Source: an uncultured Lachnospiraceae bacterium (lineage in GTDB: Bacteria; Bacillota; Clostridia; Lachnospirales; Lachnospiraceae). Taken from it: a stretch of 64,000 nt of DNA. The notes beneath the pieces were generated by a model, which did no database searches, was not told the DNA's origin, and was given only the letters and a program-made list of their open reading frames with translations. Positions 29,164 through 39,461 of this stretch are shown here, piece by piece (the first letter of the stretch is position 1; every line of letters begins with the position of its first letter). The stretch lies in contig CAJUPT010000003.1 of assembly GCA_910588405.1 (NCBI GenBank), positions 43,765-107,764 of the forward strand, read 5' to 3'. Both the position numbers and the translations under genes were made by a program.

Positions 29164-31479
29164 TTAAATTTTTTCCAATTTCGCAAAGGATGCAAACATC
29201 TTCTTCTGCCCCACCCGATCAAAATTCACCGTTACCTCGTAATCCTTTTTTCCATCCACGACGGCAGTCACCGTACCCTCGCCATATTTCATATGCCGTA
29301 TCCGGTCGCCGGTCTGATAATCCAGACTGTCTGCCTTCGTAACCGTAAACTGTTTCCCGATATTTCTGGTGTAGGCATCCTCCCCAAATACGGCTTTGGG
29401 AGCGGAATATGGACTTCTTTTTCCACCGTTTGCCGACTGCTGTTGAGACGGCTGCGGCTGGGACGGTTGCTGCTGGGATGCCTGCTGCCGGAATGTCTGC
29501 TGCTGTGTCATATCCATATTTCCCTGTCGGAACGGCCATGCGGAGGACTGATTCTGCTCTAAAAGCTCCTCCGGAATCTCCTCCAGAAAACGGGACGGCT
29601 TGCACCATCGGGATTCTCCGTTCACCATCCGGCGTCTGGACCAGGTGAGAATCAGATTCTCCTTCGCCCTTGTCACGCCCACATAAGCCAGCCTGCGTTC
29701 TTCCTCCACCAAGGAATCGTCCTCGGCATTGACCGCTTTTCCGCTGGGGAACAGCCCATCCTCCATTCCGGTGATATACACCCGGGGAAATTCCAGCCCT
29801 TTCGCACTGTGCAGCGTCATCAGAAGCACCCTGTCCTCATCCGCATTTGTACGGTCGATATCAGCCACCAGCGCCACCTCCTCCAGAAATTGCCCAAGCA
29901 GTCCCTCCTTATCCTTTGCCTGGCTGGAAAAATCAGCCGCTTTATTGACCAATTCCTGAATATTTTCCATACGCGCCTGAACTGTCACCGCATCGTCATT
30001 TTTCAGTTCATCTTCGTAACCGGTATCTCGGAGTACCGCCTCAATCAGATCAGGAAGCTCCAAGTCCTCAGCCTGTTGCCGCAGCTTTTCTATGAGTTCC
30101 ACAAAATCATCGGTCTTCTTTTGCGTCTTGCCCAAAGTGCCGATCAGATAACCCTCCTTCAATGCCTCATAAAATCGAAGATTATGCGCCGCGGCAAAAT
30201 TTATGATTTTTCCGATGGACGTGGCGCCGATCCCTCTCCTGGGCACATTGATAATCCGCTGCACCGCCAGGTCGTCCCTGCCGCTGTCAATGGTTTTCAG
30301 ATAAGCCAAAATATCCTTAATTTCTTTCCTCTGATAAAAGTTTACGCCGCCGACAATCTGATATGGAATGTTTTTATGTACAAAATGCTCCTCCAAAACA
30401 CGTGATTGAGCGTTGGTCCGGTAAAGAACGGCAATATCACGATAAGGAGTATTTAACGACGCCACCTCGCTGGCAACAGCCTCCGCCTCATCTTCCCCTG
30501 TCTCATAGACATTGGCACGCAGCTTCTCGCCAGTCTCGTTTTCCGTCCAGAGCTGCTTCTCTTTCCTTCCCTCATTGTTTCGGATAATCTGATTCGCTGC
30601 CTCCAGAATCATTTTTGTAGAACGGTAATTTTGCTCCAGCCGAATCACCTGAGCGCCTGGATATTCCGTCTCGAACTCCAATATATTTCTGATATCCGCC
30701 CCACGAAATTGATAAATCGACTGGTCGTCGTCACCCACCACACACAGATTCCTGTATTTATCCGCCAGAATCTGAATCAGCTTAAACTGGACATGATTGG
30801 TATCCTGATACTCATCTACCATAATGTACTGAAAACGGTTCTGATAGTATTCTCTTACATCCTTGTCATTCTGTAAAAGCTCCACAGTTTTTACCAGCAG
30901 ATCGTCGAAATCCATCGCATTGTTTTTCTTCAGCTCCTCCTGGTATGCCCCGTAGATTTCCGCCATCTGGCTTTCCCGAAAATTTCCGGCTGCTTTTGCA
31001 GAAAATTCTTCAGGAGAAATCATCTCGTTTTTCTGCGACGAGATAAAGGACAACACTGCCTTTTCCCGATAAACCTTCGGGTCCATATCCATCTGCTTTA
31101 ACAGCTGCCGCATCAACGCTTTCTGATCATCCGTATCATAAATCGTAAAATTCGCGGTGTAACCCAGACCCTCCACATGCCTGCGAAGAATACGGACGCA
31201 GGCGGAGTGAAAGGTGGAAACCCATATACTCTCAGCTCCAAAACTAACCAACTGATCCACTCGGTCCCGCATTTCCCCCGCCGCTTTATTGGTAAACGTA
31301 ATCGCCAGAATGTTCCATGGATTTACTCCCTTTTCCTCAATCAGATACGCAATTCTGTGTGTCAGCGCCCTGGTCTTTCCCGAGCCGGCCCCGGCCAGCA
31401 CCAAAAGCGGCCCTTCCGTGGTCTCCACTGCTTTACGCTGCATCGGATTTAACTGCTCAAATGTATTTTCTAACTTCAT
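29164..31479 (-). CDS. pcrA: ATP-dependent DNA helicase PcrA (UvrD/Rep superfamily 1)
   Basis: LNPMQRKAVETTEGPLLVLAGAGSGKTRALTHRIAYLI, TFTNKAAGEM, VDEYQDTN. Q-rich linker and C-terminal Tudor-like tail. Confidence 0.95.
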   Translation of the reverse strand: MKLENTFEQLNPMQRKAVETTEGPLLVLAGAGSGKTRALTHRIAYLIEEKGVNPWNILAITFTNKAAGEMRDRVDQLVSFGAESIWVSTFHSACVRILRRHVEGLGYTANFTIYDTDDQKALMRQLLKQMDMDPKVYREKAVLSFISSQKNEMISPEEFSAKAAGNFRESQMAEIYGAYQEELKKNNAMDFDDLLVKTVELLQNDKDVREYYQNRFQYIMVDEYQDTNHVQFKLIQILADKYRNLCVVGDDDQSIYQFRGADIRNILEFETEYPGAQVIRLEQNYRSTKMILEAANQIIRNNEGRKEKQLWTENETGEKLRANVYETGEDEAEAVASEVASLNTPYRDIAVLYRTNAQSRVLEEHFVHKNIPYQIVGGVNFYQRKEIKDILAYLKTIDSGRDDLAVQRIINVPRRGIGATSIGKIINFAAAHNLRFYEALKEGYLIGTLGKTQKKTDDFVELIEKLRQQAEDLELPDLIEAVLRDTGYEDELKNDDAVTVQARMENIQELVNKAADFSSQAKDKEGLLGQFLEEVALVADIDRTNADEDRVLLMTLHSAKGLEFPRVYITGMEDGLFPSGKAVNAEDDSLVEEERRLAYVGVTRAKENLILTWSRRRMVNGESRWCKPSRFLEEIPEELLEQNQSSAWPFRQGNMDMTQQQTFRQQASQQQPSQPQPSQQQSANGGKRSPYSAPKAVFGEDAYTRNIGKQFTVTKADSLDYQTGDRIRHMKYGEGTVTAVVDGKKDYEVTVNFDRVGQKKMFASFAKLEKI

Positions 31480-31501
31480 TCCTTCCGCTTTCCTGACTTT
31501 T

Positions 31502-32500
31502 CTACTTCAGTTTCTGCCCACATTTAACACAAAAATTCGCATCCGCCGCTACCTGCGCTCCGCAGTTCGGGCAAAAGCCGCCGGCTGTCTGAGGCTGCGC
31601 CATAGCCTGGTTCATGTTCATCTGGCCCATGCCATTCGTCTGGTTCATGCCGTTCATCTGGTTCATATTATTCATCATCTGCTGACCCATCATCATCCCC
31701 ATCTGCATACCTACCATATCCTGGGCAATGCCTGAGCCAGCCTTTCCGTTTGACATGGCATCTGTCATAGCCACATTCTGATAGACACCCATGTTATTGC
31801 CAATCATGCTCTGGGCGGCTACCTTTTGCACCATCTGCTGGATTTCCTCCGGATAGGTAACGCTCTGAATCGCAAAGCCGGTCACGCCAATACCAATTTC
31901 CATCAGCTCCTCATTCAGATCCTGACTGATTCCCTTCGAAATATCATAGGCATTGGCCTGCAGGTTAAACATATCCTTGCCTTCCTTCGCGATCCATTTC
32001 ATCAGAAGCTGATCCAGCCGGCCGATCACCCGGTCACGCACCTCGTCCACGATAAACTGCTGCTTCACGCCAGCCACATTCTCAATCATCTTCATGTAGT
32101 CCGCCACTCTAAACTGAAAATTACCGAAGGCGCGCACAGGCATCCCGCCGGGCAGATTGGGCGCAGGAAGGTTAATGGCATTTTTCGTCCCCCATTTTAC
32201 ATTGAACTCCTTCGTGTTGACAAAAAGCACCTCCGCCCGCAGACCGCTGTTAAAGCCAAACTTAAAGCCGGCCAGCGTAGATAAAAAGGGAATAATATCT
32301 GACTCAATGTCATAATTCCCTTCATCCTTAAAAATCCCCTCAACAATCCCATTGTACATAAAAATAGCATCCTGTCCCTGTCGGATAATCAGGCGGCTGC
32401 CTTTTTTGATCTCTTTATTCGCAAACTTCCAAAAAATCACATCATCTCTATATTCTTCCCACTCCACTACACTGGACAACTGCCCGCTGAAAAGTCCCAT
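31502..32500 (-). CDS. SPFH/band-7 domain protein with C-terminal zinc ribbon
   Basis: N-terminal SPFH-like region, a Q/M/N/G-rich low-complexity segment, and a terminal FCPNCGAQV...FCVKCGQKL double CxxC. Confidence 0.7.
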   Translation of the reverse strand: MGLFSGQLSSVVEWEEYRDDVIFWKFANKEIKKGSRLIIRQGQDAIFMYNGIVEGIFKDEGNYDIESDIIPFLSTLAGFKFGFNSGLRAEVLFVNTKEFNVKWGTKNAINLPAPNLPGGMPVRAFGNFQFRVADYMKMIENVAGVKQQFIVDEVRDRVIGRLDQLLMKWIAKEGKDMFNLQANAYDISKGISQDLNEELMEIGIGVTGFAIQSVTYPEEIQQMVQKVAAQSMIGNNMGVYQNVAMTDAMSNGKAGSGIAQDMVGMQMGMMMGQQMMNNMNQMNGMNQTNGMGQMNMNQAMAQPQTAGGFCPNCGAQVAADANFCVKCGQKLK

Positions 32501-32724
32501 ATTTGGTTCTCCCTTCTCTGAAAATGAATTATGGTCCTATTATAGCAATGATTGGGTGGGATGTCACGTGGAATTTGCGGGGATTTTTTGTGCTTTAAAT
32601 TACTTTTTTTGGAATTTTTGCAAAAAAGAAGCAAATCATCCTTTTGGGCAATTCGCTTCCTTAAAATCTACTTCTTGCTGCTTATATGATCGATGCCCTA
32701 TCGGAAAACGTCACTTTGCATGTG

Positions 32725-33018
32725 CTACTTAAATAATTCATCATATGTGATATCCAACGCTTGTTTGATCGCTTTCAACTGCTTTACCTGCACATGTTGA
32801 GTCCCACGTTCTATTTTCACAAGACTTTCCCTGGTAATCGGTACCCCTTGCAGATCCAGCAACCGAACAAGTTCTGTCTGCCCTATGCCCATAGCCATCC
32901 TTGCTTCTCTGATGTTTTTTCCAAGATTTCCTTTTTCATCCTGTTTAATCTTCTGTTCCAACGTTCCTACCCCTTTTGAAGGTAAGCGCCTAGTTTCGCG
33001 GTGGATTGCCAAACCCAT
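32725..33018 (-). CDS. XRE-family HTH transcriptional regulator (start uncertain)
   Basis: HTH LGKNIREARMAMGIGQTELVRLLDLQGVPITRESLVKIERG. The true start may be internal, at an alternative start codon. Confidence 0.7.
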   Translation of the reverse strand: MGLAIHRETRRLPSKGVGTLEQKIKQDEKGNLGKNIREARMAMGIGQTELVRLLDLQGVPITRESLVKIERGTQHVQVKQLKAIKQALDITYDELFK

Positions 33019-33082
33019 ATGATCCTGTCATAATTGTAATAACAAATGCAAGCATTTTACTCTGCAACCAATACAAGTTTTG

Positions 33083-33400
33083 TCAGTGATTCAAATCATT
33101 ACTGTTATAAATGATATTTTCTATATTCAAACAAAAGTCAATCTCATTGTTTTCCTTTCTCGCAATATCATATAATGCTTTATATTTTCTTTCCAATTGT
33201 AAATAATAAGAATCCAGAAACCAAAAGGCAATAACCGGTATATAGAGAAAAATAAAATACTCTTGCTTCATTGTCTGATCCAATAGCACGATGATTGCAC
33301 TCGCAAAAGTAACTGACCATCCCTTTAATAAAAATGAGTTACTAGCCATCCGCTTAATAATTTCCTGAATCATTTCCAAATACTTTAATTTGTCTTCCAT
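33083..33400 (-). CDS. small 2-TM membrane protein of unknown function (SLATT/DUF4231-like architecture?)
   Basis: 105 aa. Amphipathic N-helix (LKYLEMIQEIIKRMASNSFLLKGW), two TM helices, C-terminal helix. Sits directly upstream of the XRE regulator on the same strand. Confidence 0.5.
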   Translation of the reverse strand: MEDKLKYLEMIQEIIKRMASNSFLLKGWSVTFASAIIVLLDQTMKQEYFIFLYIPVIAFWFLDSYYLQLERKYKALYDIARKENNEIDFCLNIENIIYNSNDLNH

Positions 33401-33771
33401 TTTTCTCCGTATATGATGTTTATAAAAGCAAAAAAATCATATTCCCTTCATTTTAATTTCGTGATATAACACATTTAATCTCACAAAATCCAAAAATTTT
33501 ATAGCTTATGTTTTGATATCAAACTGTGCTACATCCTATTTTAAGAAATAACCTTTCAGTGCCATAACATTATGTTCTTTCCGTTCCAAATACTTGGCAT
33601 ATATATTATATTAATAATTCAAAAAATAATGGGACTATTATTAGTTCTCGACAGCCAGATTTTTCAAAAAATACCTAATATTCTATTTTTCGACATTCAC
33701 CATTATACAGTACGGCATCTATCATACCAGATTTTTCCAACCATCCGTTAACCTCTACAAAAATTGTATTT

Positions 33772-33800
33772 TTGTCAGAAGATGCTCAAAATCGTATAAT
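33772..33800 (+). promoter_or_regulatory. sigma-A-like promoter (TTGTCA-17-TATAAT) in the AT-rich region upstream of the GT8 genes
   Basis: ttgtca 33772-33777, 17-nt spacer, tataat 33795-33800. Confidence 0.4.
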
Positions 33801-34121
33801 TTCAGTTGTTTTTGCAGCCTCATAAAACCTTATGAAGTAAAGCTATCCATATATCTAAGTAGTTGAGAACAATATTTCAAAAGTTTTAAACACAAACCCA
33901 AAAGCAATAAAACCATTTTAATCCCCAGCGAAAAACTGATATATTTTCAAACAAATTTATATATTTATTTCAACCATCTCCTTCCCATTTCCCAAATTTT
34001 ATAGTATTATAGAATCAAATCATCTTTTCCTGATGCTTTGACCTTGCTTTAGAGAAAAAATGAGGCAATACCCTCAAACCCATAGTGTCGGAAAACAACA
34101 ACCAGCAAAAGAGGTATCCAT

Positions 34122-35150
34122 ATGAATGCAACACCTATCCCACAGCACCATTATAATATTCTTACATCTTCTGACGATACACTGTTCATACAAATAGCCG
34201 TATCCCTCACGGCCATGGCCAAATCTTTGCAAAATGACCAGATAGACTTTTATCTTATGCACAGCCAGATCAGCCGGGAGCATATCGAAATGTTCGATGC
34301 CTTATGCACAGGATGCGGAAATATTCGTTTCCACGAGGTACGCATACCCCGTCCGGAAATATTTGATCCTCTAGTTGAGGCCGGCGGCTGGTTCAGGGAA
34401 ACCTATTACCCGCTTTTGGCTCATCAGCTGCTGCCGGACTCAATTGACCGCATATTATATCTTGACGCAGGCGATACATTGGTTATCGGAGATATTTCGC
34501 CCTATTATATGGCAGATTTTCAGGATAATTTCCTGCTTGTGACTGGGATGGAATATAAAAGAGACGGAGAGAATTTTGTACCTTTATCTGAAGAAGATAT
34601 TAAAAAAGAAGAGTTCCTTCCAACAATTATCACAGGTCTTTTTAACTCTGGTTCTTATATGATAAATATCAAGAAAATGCGTGAAACCAACATAGATATT
34701 TCCTATTATTATCAAATTACTGAAAAATTGCGCAAATGCGGAGCACAAATTGGAAGAGGGATAAACAATTTCTATTTTGCTAATGATCTAAACAAAATCG
34801 TTATTTATAAAGGCGACCAGGGGCTTCTTTCTGCCGCTTTTATCGGGAGTCTTACATATTTTGGATACCCGCAAATACAGGATAAAGCCTATATGCCCTA
34901 TAACTTTGCCGTCGGCTACTACAGATATTTGGATCAGGAACCTGGTTACGAACCCGCTATCCTCCATTTCGTCGGCGGTCCCTATAAACCCTGGCAGGGT
35001 AATTATCCCATTTTCCCGGAACGCTTTACTAGGGTCGGAGATACTGCCAGAGAACTTTCAGAGCTAGCTCCCGGACAGATCAAATATTATTTCATGTGGC
35101 TTGAATATTTATTTCTTATGGATCAAATATTAACCTTACTAGGTTACTGA
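34122..35150 (+). CDS. glycosyltransferase family 8-like protein (putative flagellin glycosyltransferase), paralog 1
   Basis: HYNILTSSDDTL(F)IQIAVSLTAM and the DxD-region LYLDAGDTLVIGDISPYY fit the GT8 LYLDAD..v.gDi motif. Lies next to fliC. Confidence 0.65.
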   Translation: MNATPIPQHHYNILTSSDDTLFIQIAVSLTAMAKSLQNDQIDFYLMHSQISREHIEMFDALCTGCGNIRFHEVRIPRPEIFDPLVEAGGWFRETYYPLLAHQLLPDSIDRILYLDAGDTLVIGDISPYYMADFQDNFLLVTGMEYKRDGENFVPLSEEDIKKEEFLPTIITGLFNSGSYMINIKKMRETNIDISYYYQITEKLRKCGAQIGRGINNFYFANDLNKIVIYKGDQGLLSAAFIGSLTYFGYPQIQDKAYMPYNFAVGYYRYLDQEPGYEPAILHFVGGPYKPWQGNYPIFPERFTRVGDTARELSELAPGQIKYYFMWLEYLFLMDQILTLLGY

Positions 35151-35177
35151 TAAACCAGGCAGACGGAGGACAAATAC

Positions 35178-36164
35178 ATGAACACCACGCAGACGCAGCA
35201 CAATCACTACAACATCTTAACTTCATCCGATAACACCCTGATTCCTCAGATCGCTGTTTCCCTCACTGCCATGGTGAAAAATCTTTCCAGTGATTTTATC
35301 GACTTTTATATTCTCCACAGTCAGATCACTTCGGACAATCTGCAGCTGCTCTCCGCTTTATGCAGCGGATATGGAAATATTGCTTTCCATGAGGTCCGGA
35401 TAGACAACCCAGAAATATTCGATCCCCTTGTTCAAGCAGGCAGCTGGTTTAGAGAAACCTACTTCCCTTTGTGCGCTCATCAGCTGCTGCCCGATACGGT
35501 TGACCGTGCATTATATCTGGATGCCGGCGATATTTTAGTGCTTGGAGATATCTCTCCATATTACTACTGCAATTTCGAAGATAATTTCCTGACAGTAACC
35601 GGCACGCACCATAAGACGGACAATCATTCATATATTCAGTTTTCTCCCGATGATATTAACATTCCCGCGTTTCTCCCCGGCATCCTTGAGGGACTCTTTA
35701 ACTCAGGCTCCTATATGATCAACCTGAAAAAGATGCGCGAAACAAAGATCGATATTTCATATTATTATCATCTCACGGAACAGCTTGGCAGCCTCAAGAC
35801 AAAAACAGAAGAGTTTGTCTATTTCGGAGATCAGGGACTGCTCTCCGCAGCATTTATCGGCAAAATGAAATATTACGGCTATCCACAGATACAGGACCAA
35901 TATTACTGGCCTTATAATTTTTGTCTCGGATACTATGATCATTTTGACCATAAACCTGATTATCAGCCGGCTATTCTCCATTTTGCAGGTGTTCCTTTTA
36001 AGCCATGGAAGGCCAATTATCCGATGTTTCCCAAACGGTTTCAGACCACCGGCGGCACGCCTCGGGAATTAACTGAGCTGAAACCGATTTTAATAGAATA
36101 TTATTTCCTCTGGCTGGAATATTTATTTCTCACAGATCAAATTATGACCATGCTGGGATTTTAA
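35178..36164 (+). CDS. glycosyltransferase family 8-like protein, paralog 2 (tandem duplicate of 34122..35150)
   Basis: Roughly 60% identical along its length to the preceding ORF. Same motifs (LYLDAGDILVLGDISPYY). Confidence 0.65.
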   Translation: MNTTQTQHNHYNILTSSDNTLIPQIAVSLTAMVKNLSSDFIDFYILHSQITSDNLQLLSALCSGYGNIAFHEVRIDNPEIFDPLVQAGSWFRETYFPLCAHQLLPDTVDRALYLDAGDILVLGDISPYYYCNFEDNFLTVTGTHHKTDNHSYIQFSPDDINIPAFLPGILEGLFNSGSYMINLKKMRETKIDISYYYHLTEQLGSLKTKTEEFVYFGDQGLLSAAFIGKMKYYGYPQIQDQYYWPYNFCLGYYDHFDHKPDYQPAILHFAGVPFKPWKANYPMFPKRFQTTGGTPRELTELKPILIEYYFLWLEYLFLTDQIMTMLGF

Positions 36165-36301
36165 ACCTCTTAAAAATAAAGAATTCCATAATTCAGGGGA
36201 GATTACGATTGATCCGATCCACAATCTCCCCTGCCTGAAATTCTTTATTATTTCAACATTTTCTTTTTTCTGTCCTTCGCTCTTTTTTCTCTCTGTTCCT
36301 T

Positions 36302-37603
36302 TCATTCTTTTCTTTTGTCCAGCACCCTCAATTCCTCTTCCGTACAATACCCGCGGATCGCCTGCAGCACACCTTCTCCTTCCGCTCCCGCGCTGATTGC
36401 GCCCCTGAGCATCAAGATCCGATCAGTGATATCATTCAGATTGTACAGCTTGCACAAAAAACCTACCACAGCCTGAGGATCTTCCTCTTTAAAACAGCGG
36501 ATCAGAAGCTCCAGCGCAGTAACCTGACCTTTATCAATCCGCAGCAACCCCACGCAGCTGCTCACACAGCTTTCTATTTTTCCGTTTTTGTAATAGCAAA
36601 AGGCTAACGCTTTCCAGACCTCGGGAATATCAGATGACATCATGGGATTATAGGCTTTTGTCCCATACTGCTCCGCTCCGGCCAGCGCCTTCTCAAAATG
36701 ATGCTCTGCCTTCTGATAATCCTGCTTTTCCAGATAGAACCGTCCCGCCAGATAATCCAGATCATAAAAACCGGTAAACTGGGCGCTGGCTTTTCGGTAA
36801 ACCTCCATCAACTCCTGTTCCAGGTCCTGTTTCATCAAAATCGTCATCAGTAATGCAATGGTCTGAACATCACGCTCCGTAGTTCTCGCGCGGGCAAAAA
36901 TATGGGGCAGCGCCTCCCGATAATATTGCAGTGCTTTTTCTTTCTCTTCCTCCACCCCTCTGTAAGCATCTCCCAGATAGCCCAGCAAATCCGGATCTTG
37001 AGGATTTTTCCTCAATTCCTTTAAAAGAATGCCGATATTCCTTCTGGATTTTGCCTCGGACAGCTCGGAGATATAACCCGTATGATAAATGGAGAGACCA
37101 GTAGCATCCAGCATATGGCACTCCATATTTTTCCCTTCATAATACAGACACTCGTGAATCGGCTTGTCATAACGGATTTTTTTCGTATTTCGAAAGATAC
37201 GGCACTGTCTGGCCACCATGGCTACCGACTGATCGTCGCCCACCTGAAGCCAGAGCGTATACAACCCTTCAAGCCCCAGCTTTTCCGCCTTTTTAATCAC
37301 AGCGGGAACCTTGCACATATCCTCAGGTTCCATATACTCATCCGCGTCCAGAAAAGCAATCCAGTTACCGGAAGCCTGTTCAATGGCAAAATTTTTAGCG
37401 GCGGCAAAATCGTCGATCCAGGCAAAATGAAACACCTTTGCCCCCATTCGCTCCGCGATCTCCACAGTCCGATCCGTGCTGCCCGTATCCACCACAATCT
37501 GCTCCCACATAATCTCCTTTCCCCAGGAGAGGGCTTTTTCAATATTCCGCTCTTCATTCTTCACAATCATACACTGTGAAAGCCTCAGTTTTCCTGTCCC
37601 CAT
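36302..37603 (-). CDS. family 2 glycosyltransferase fused to TPR repeats (flagellin-modification type)
   Basis: N-terminal GT2 (CMIVKNEERNIEKAL...VDTGSTDRTVEIA...DADEYM) with a C-terminal TPR-like helical repeat region. Convergent with fliC. Confidence 0.75.
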   Translation of the reverse strand: MGTGKLRLSQCMIVKNEERNIEKALSWGKEIMWEQIVVDTGSTDRTVEIAERMGAKVFHFAWIDDFAAAKNFAIEQASGNWIAFLDADEYMEPEDMCKVPAVIKKAEKLGLEGLYTLWLQVGDDQSVAMVARQCRIFRNTKKIRYDKPIHECLYYEGKNMECHMLDATGLSIYHTGYISELSEAKSRRNIGILLKELRKNPQDPDLLGYLGDAYRGVEEEKEKALQYYREALPHIFARARTTERDVQTIALLMTILMKQDLEQELMEVYRKASAQFTGFYDLDYLAGRFYLEKQDYQKAEHHFEKALAGAEQYGTKAYNPMMSSDIPEVWKALAFCYYKNGKIESCVSSCVGLLRIDKGQVTALELLIRCFKEEDPQAVVGFLCKLYNLNDITDRILMLRGAISAGAEGEGVLQAIRGYCTEEELRVLDKRKE

Positions 37604-37731
37604 TCCGCATCTTCTCCTCTATAAACCGGGAAAGGCCATTTCGCGGCTGTTACCCCTCAAAATGGCCTTTGCTTATCCTATATAGGAACTATACTATTAA
37701 GAAACTTTAAATGACATTAATAATAACTGAA

Positions 37732-38571
37732 TTACTGCAGCATACTCAGAACGCCCTGCGGTGTTGCATTGGCCTGGGTCAGCATGGACTGAGCAGCCTG
37801 AAGCAGGATGTTGTTCTTCGTGTAAGCAGTGATCTCATCAGCCATATCAGTATCGCGGATACGTGACTCAGCGGCCGTGATGTTCTCGGAGCTTACCTGT
37901 AAGCTGTTGATCGTATGCTCCAGACGGTTCTGAGCAGCACCAAGCTCTGCACGGAACTTAGACACTTTATTAATTGCCGCATTCACAGTATCGATAGCTT
38001 CATTAGCGTCCTTAACATTCAGACACTTACCATTCAACGCTACACTTAACGACCCAACATCCATATTGGATGTATTAACCAAAATTGTCTCTGCTGAGCT
38101 GGGACCGATCTGGAATGTCATAGTGCCAGCCTGATTCAGAGGCTTAATTCCGTTAAAGCTCGTACTCTTCGCAATACGGTTAATTTCATCTTCCAGCTTT
38201 TGAAGCTCAACCTGAATATTCTCTCTGGCGGTTTTTTCCGTAGAACCATTGGTTGTGCCATCTGAATAAGTACCATTAGCAGCCTGCGTAAACAGCGTAG
38301 CCATACGATTCAACATAGAGTGAGTCTCGGTCAAAGCACCTTCAGCAGTCTGGATCATACCGATTGCATCTCTTGCGTTCGTTACGGACTGATTTAATCC
38401 GGCGATCTGCGCTCTCATCTGCTCGGAAATAGCAAGACCGGCAGCGTTATCACCTGCACGGTTGATCTTATAACCGGAAGACAGCTTCTCAAGGTTTTTG
38501 CTTAACTGGCTCTGGTTCGTACCTAAGTTTCTGTAAGAATTAATAGCTGATATGTTGTGTTGGATAATCAT
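37732..38571 (-). CDS. fliC: flagellin
   Basis: Conserved N-terminus (MIIQHNISAINSYRNLG...LSSGYKINRAGDNAAGLAISE) and C-terminus (AAQNRLEHTINSL...ESRIRDTDMADEITAY...LLQAAQSMLTQAN) flank a short variable domain. Confidence 0.95.
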   Translation of the reverse strand: MIIQHNISAINSYRNLGTNQSQLSKNLEKLSSGYKINRAGDNAAGLAISEQMRAQIAGLNQSVTNARDAIGMIQTAEGALTETHSMLNRMATLFTQAANGTYSDGTTNGSTEKTARENIQVELQKLEDEINRIAKSTSFNGIKPLNQAGTMTFQIGPSSAETILVNTSNMDVGSLSVALNGKCLNVKDANEAIDTVNAAINKVSKFRAELGAAQNRLEHTINSLQVSSENITAAESRIRDTDMADEITAYTKNNILLQAAQSMLTQANATPQGVLSMLQ

Positions 38572-39119
38572 AAAGTTTCCCTCCTGTTTTGAATTTCTTC
38601 AGGGACTTCCTTGTCCCCGTTCCCTTACCTTATTCGCCGGGCCCTGGCAAATAAGTTCCCCGAAGGGATGTAAGGTATTTTGCTTTACATTTATTATATC
38701 GTCACTTTTCAGGGAACATTAATAGGTTTTTTATATTTTTTATATTATTTTTCTCCTGCGTCAGCAATAAACAGCCGCTCAAATCAGTCCGGCCAGCAGC
38801 TCGGGGATCTCATCCACCGTAACCCAGATGAGACAGATACCGAATAACAGGACATGTTAATCAAAACTTTTTATTCATCCTTTCCATGCTAACTCCTCTC
38901 CTAAAATTAATCATCCTGCTATCTTAAACATATAAATGCTGACGTCAGTTAAGTATTGCACGTTATTTCATAATTATGAAGTCTTTTCAATGGTTTTTAA
39001 CAACAGTTTCAAAAGCATCACCGCTCTTCCAAATTTCATATTTTCATAACTTTTGTAATCTTTTGAGAAAAAACGCCGATAATATAACTATATGGGTACT
39101 ATTTGAAAAGGAGGGTGTC

Positions 39120-39401
39120 ATGAACGTAAAATTATATACTATCAACACGGAGTATCCTGATTGCCGTTCCATCACGCCGGCAGCGGGACGGACGGACAAT
39201 TCGGACACTTCCTTTATAAAAGGAAAGCCGTCCGCCGATTACGACAGAATTACGATTCGTGGTTCACAAGAGCAGATTACTGAGACGGTACCTTCGGAAC
39301 GGGTGATGGCGCTGCGTCAACAGGTGATGAACGGAACTTACCGGACAGACTCCCGGCAGATCGCTGAAAGCCTGCTGGCTTATGGCTTGATGACGCATTA
39401 A
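39120..39401 (+). CDS. flgM: anti-sigma-28 factor FlgM
   Basis: C-terminal motif VMALRQQVMNGTYRTDSRQIAESLL fits the FlgM sigma-28-binding helix. Start at ATG 39120 has a GGAGGG RBS; the tracked ORF start at 38976 is probably spurious. Confidence 0.75.
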   Translation: MNVKLYTINTEYPDCRSITPAAGRTDNSDTSFIKGKPSADYDRITIRGSQEQITETVPSERVMALRQQVMNGTYRTDSRQIAESLLAYGLMTH

Positions 39402-39461
39402 TTGTAAAATATGGCCTGATGACGCATTAATTGTAAAACAGGAACAGAAAGGAAGTAATAG

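Noticed and set aside
38572-38900. Sigma-28 (TAAA-N15-GCCGATAA) promoter upstream of fliC
   Set aside because: Only a partial -10-like match (cggcgaataa) and no convincing -35 at the right spacing. Not confident enough to call.
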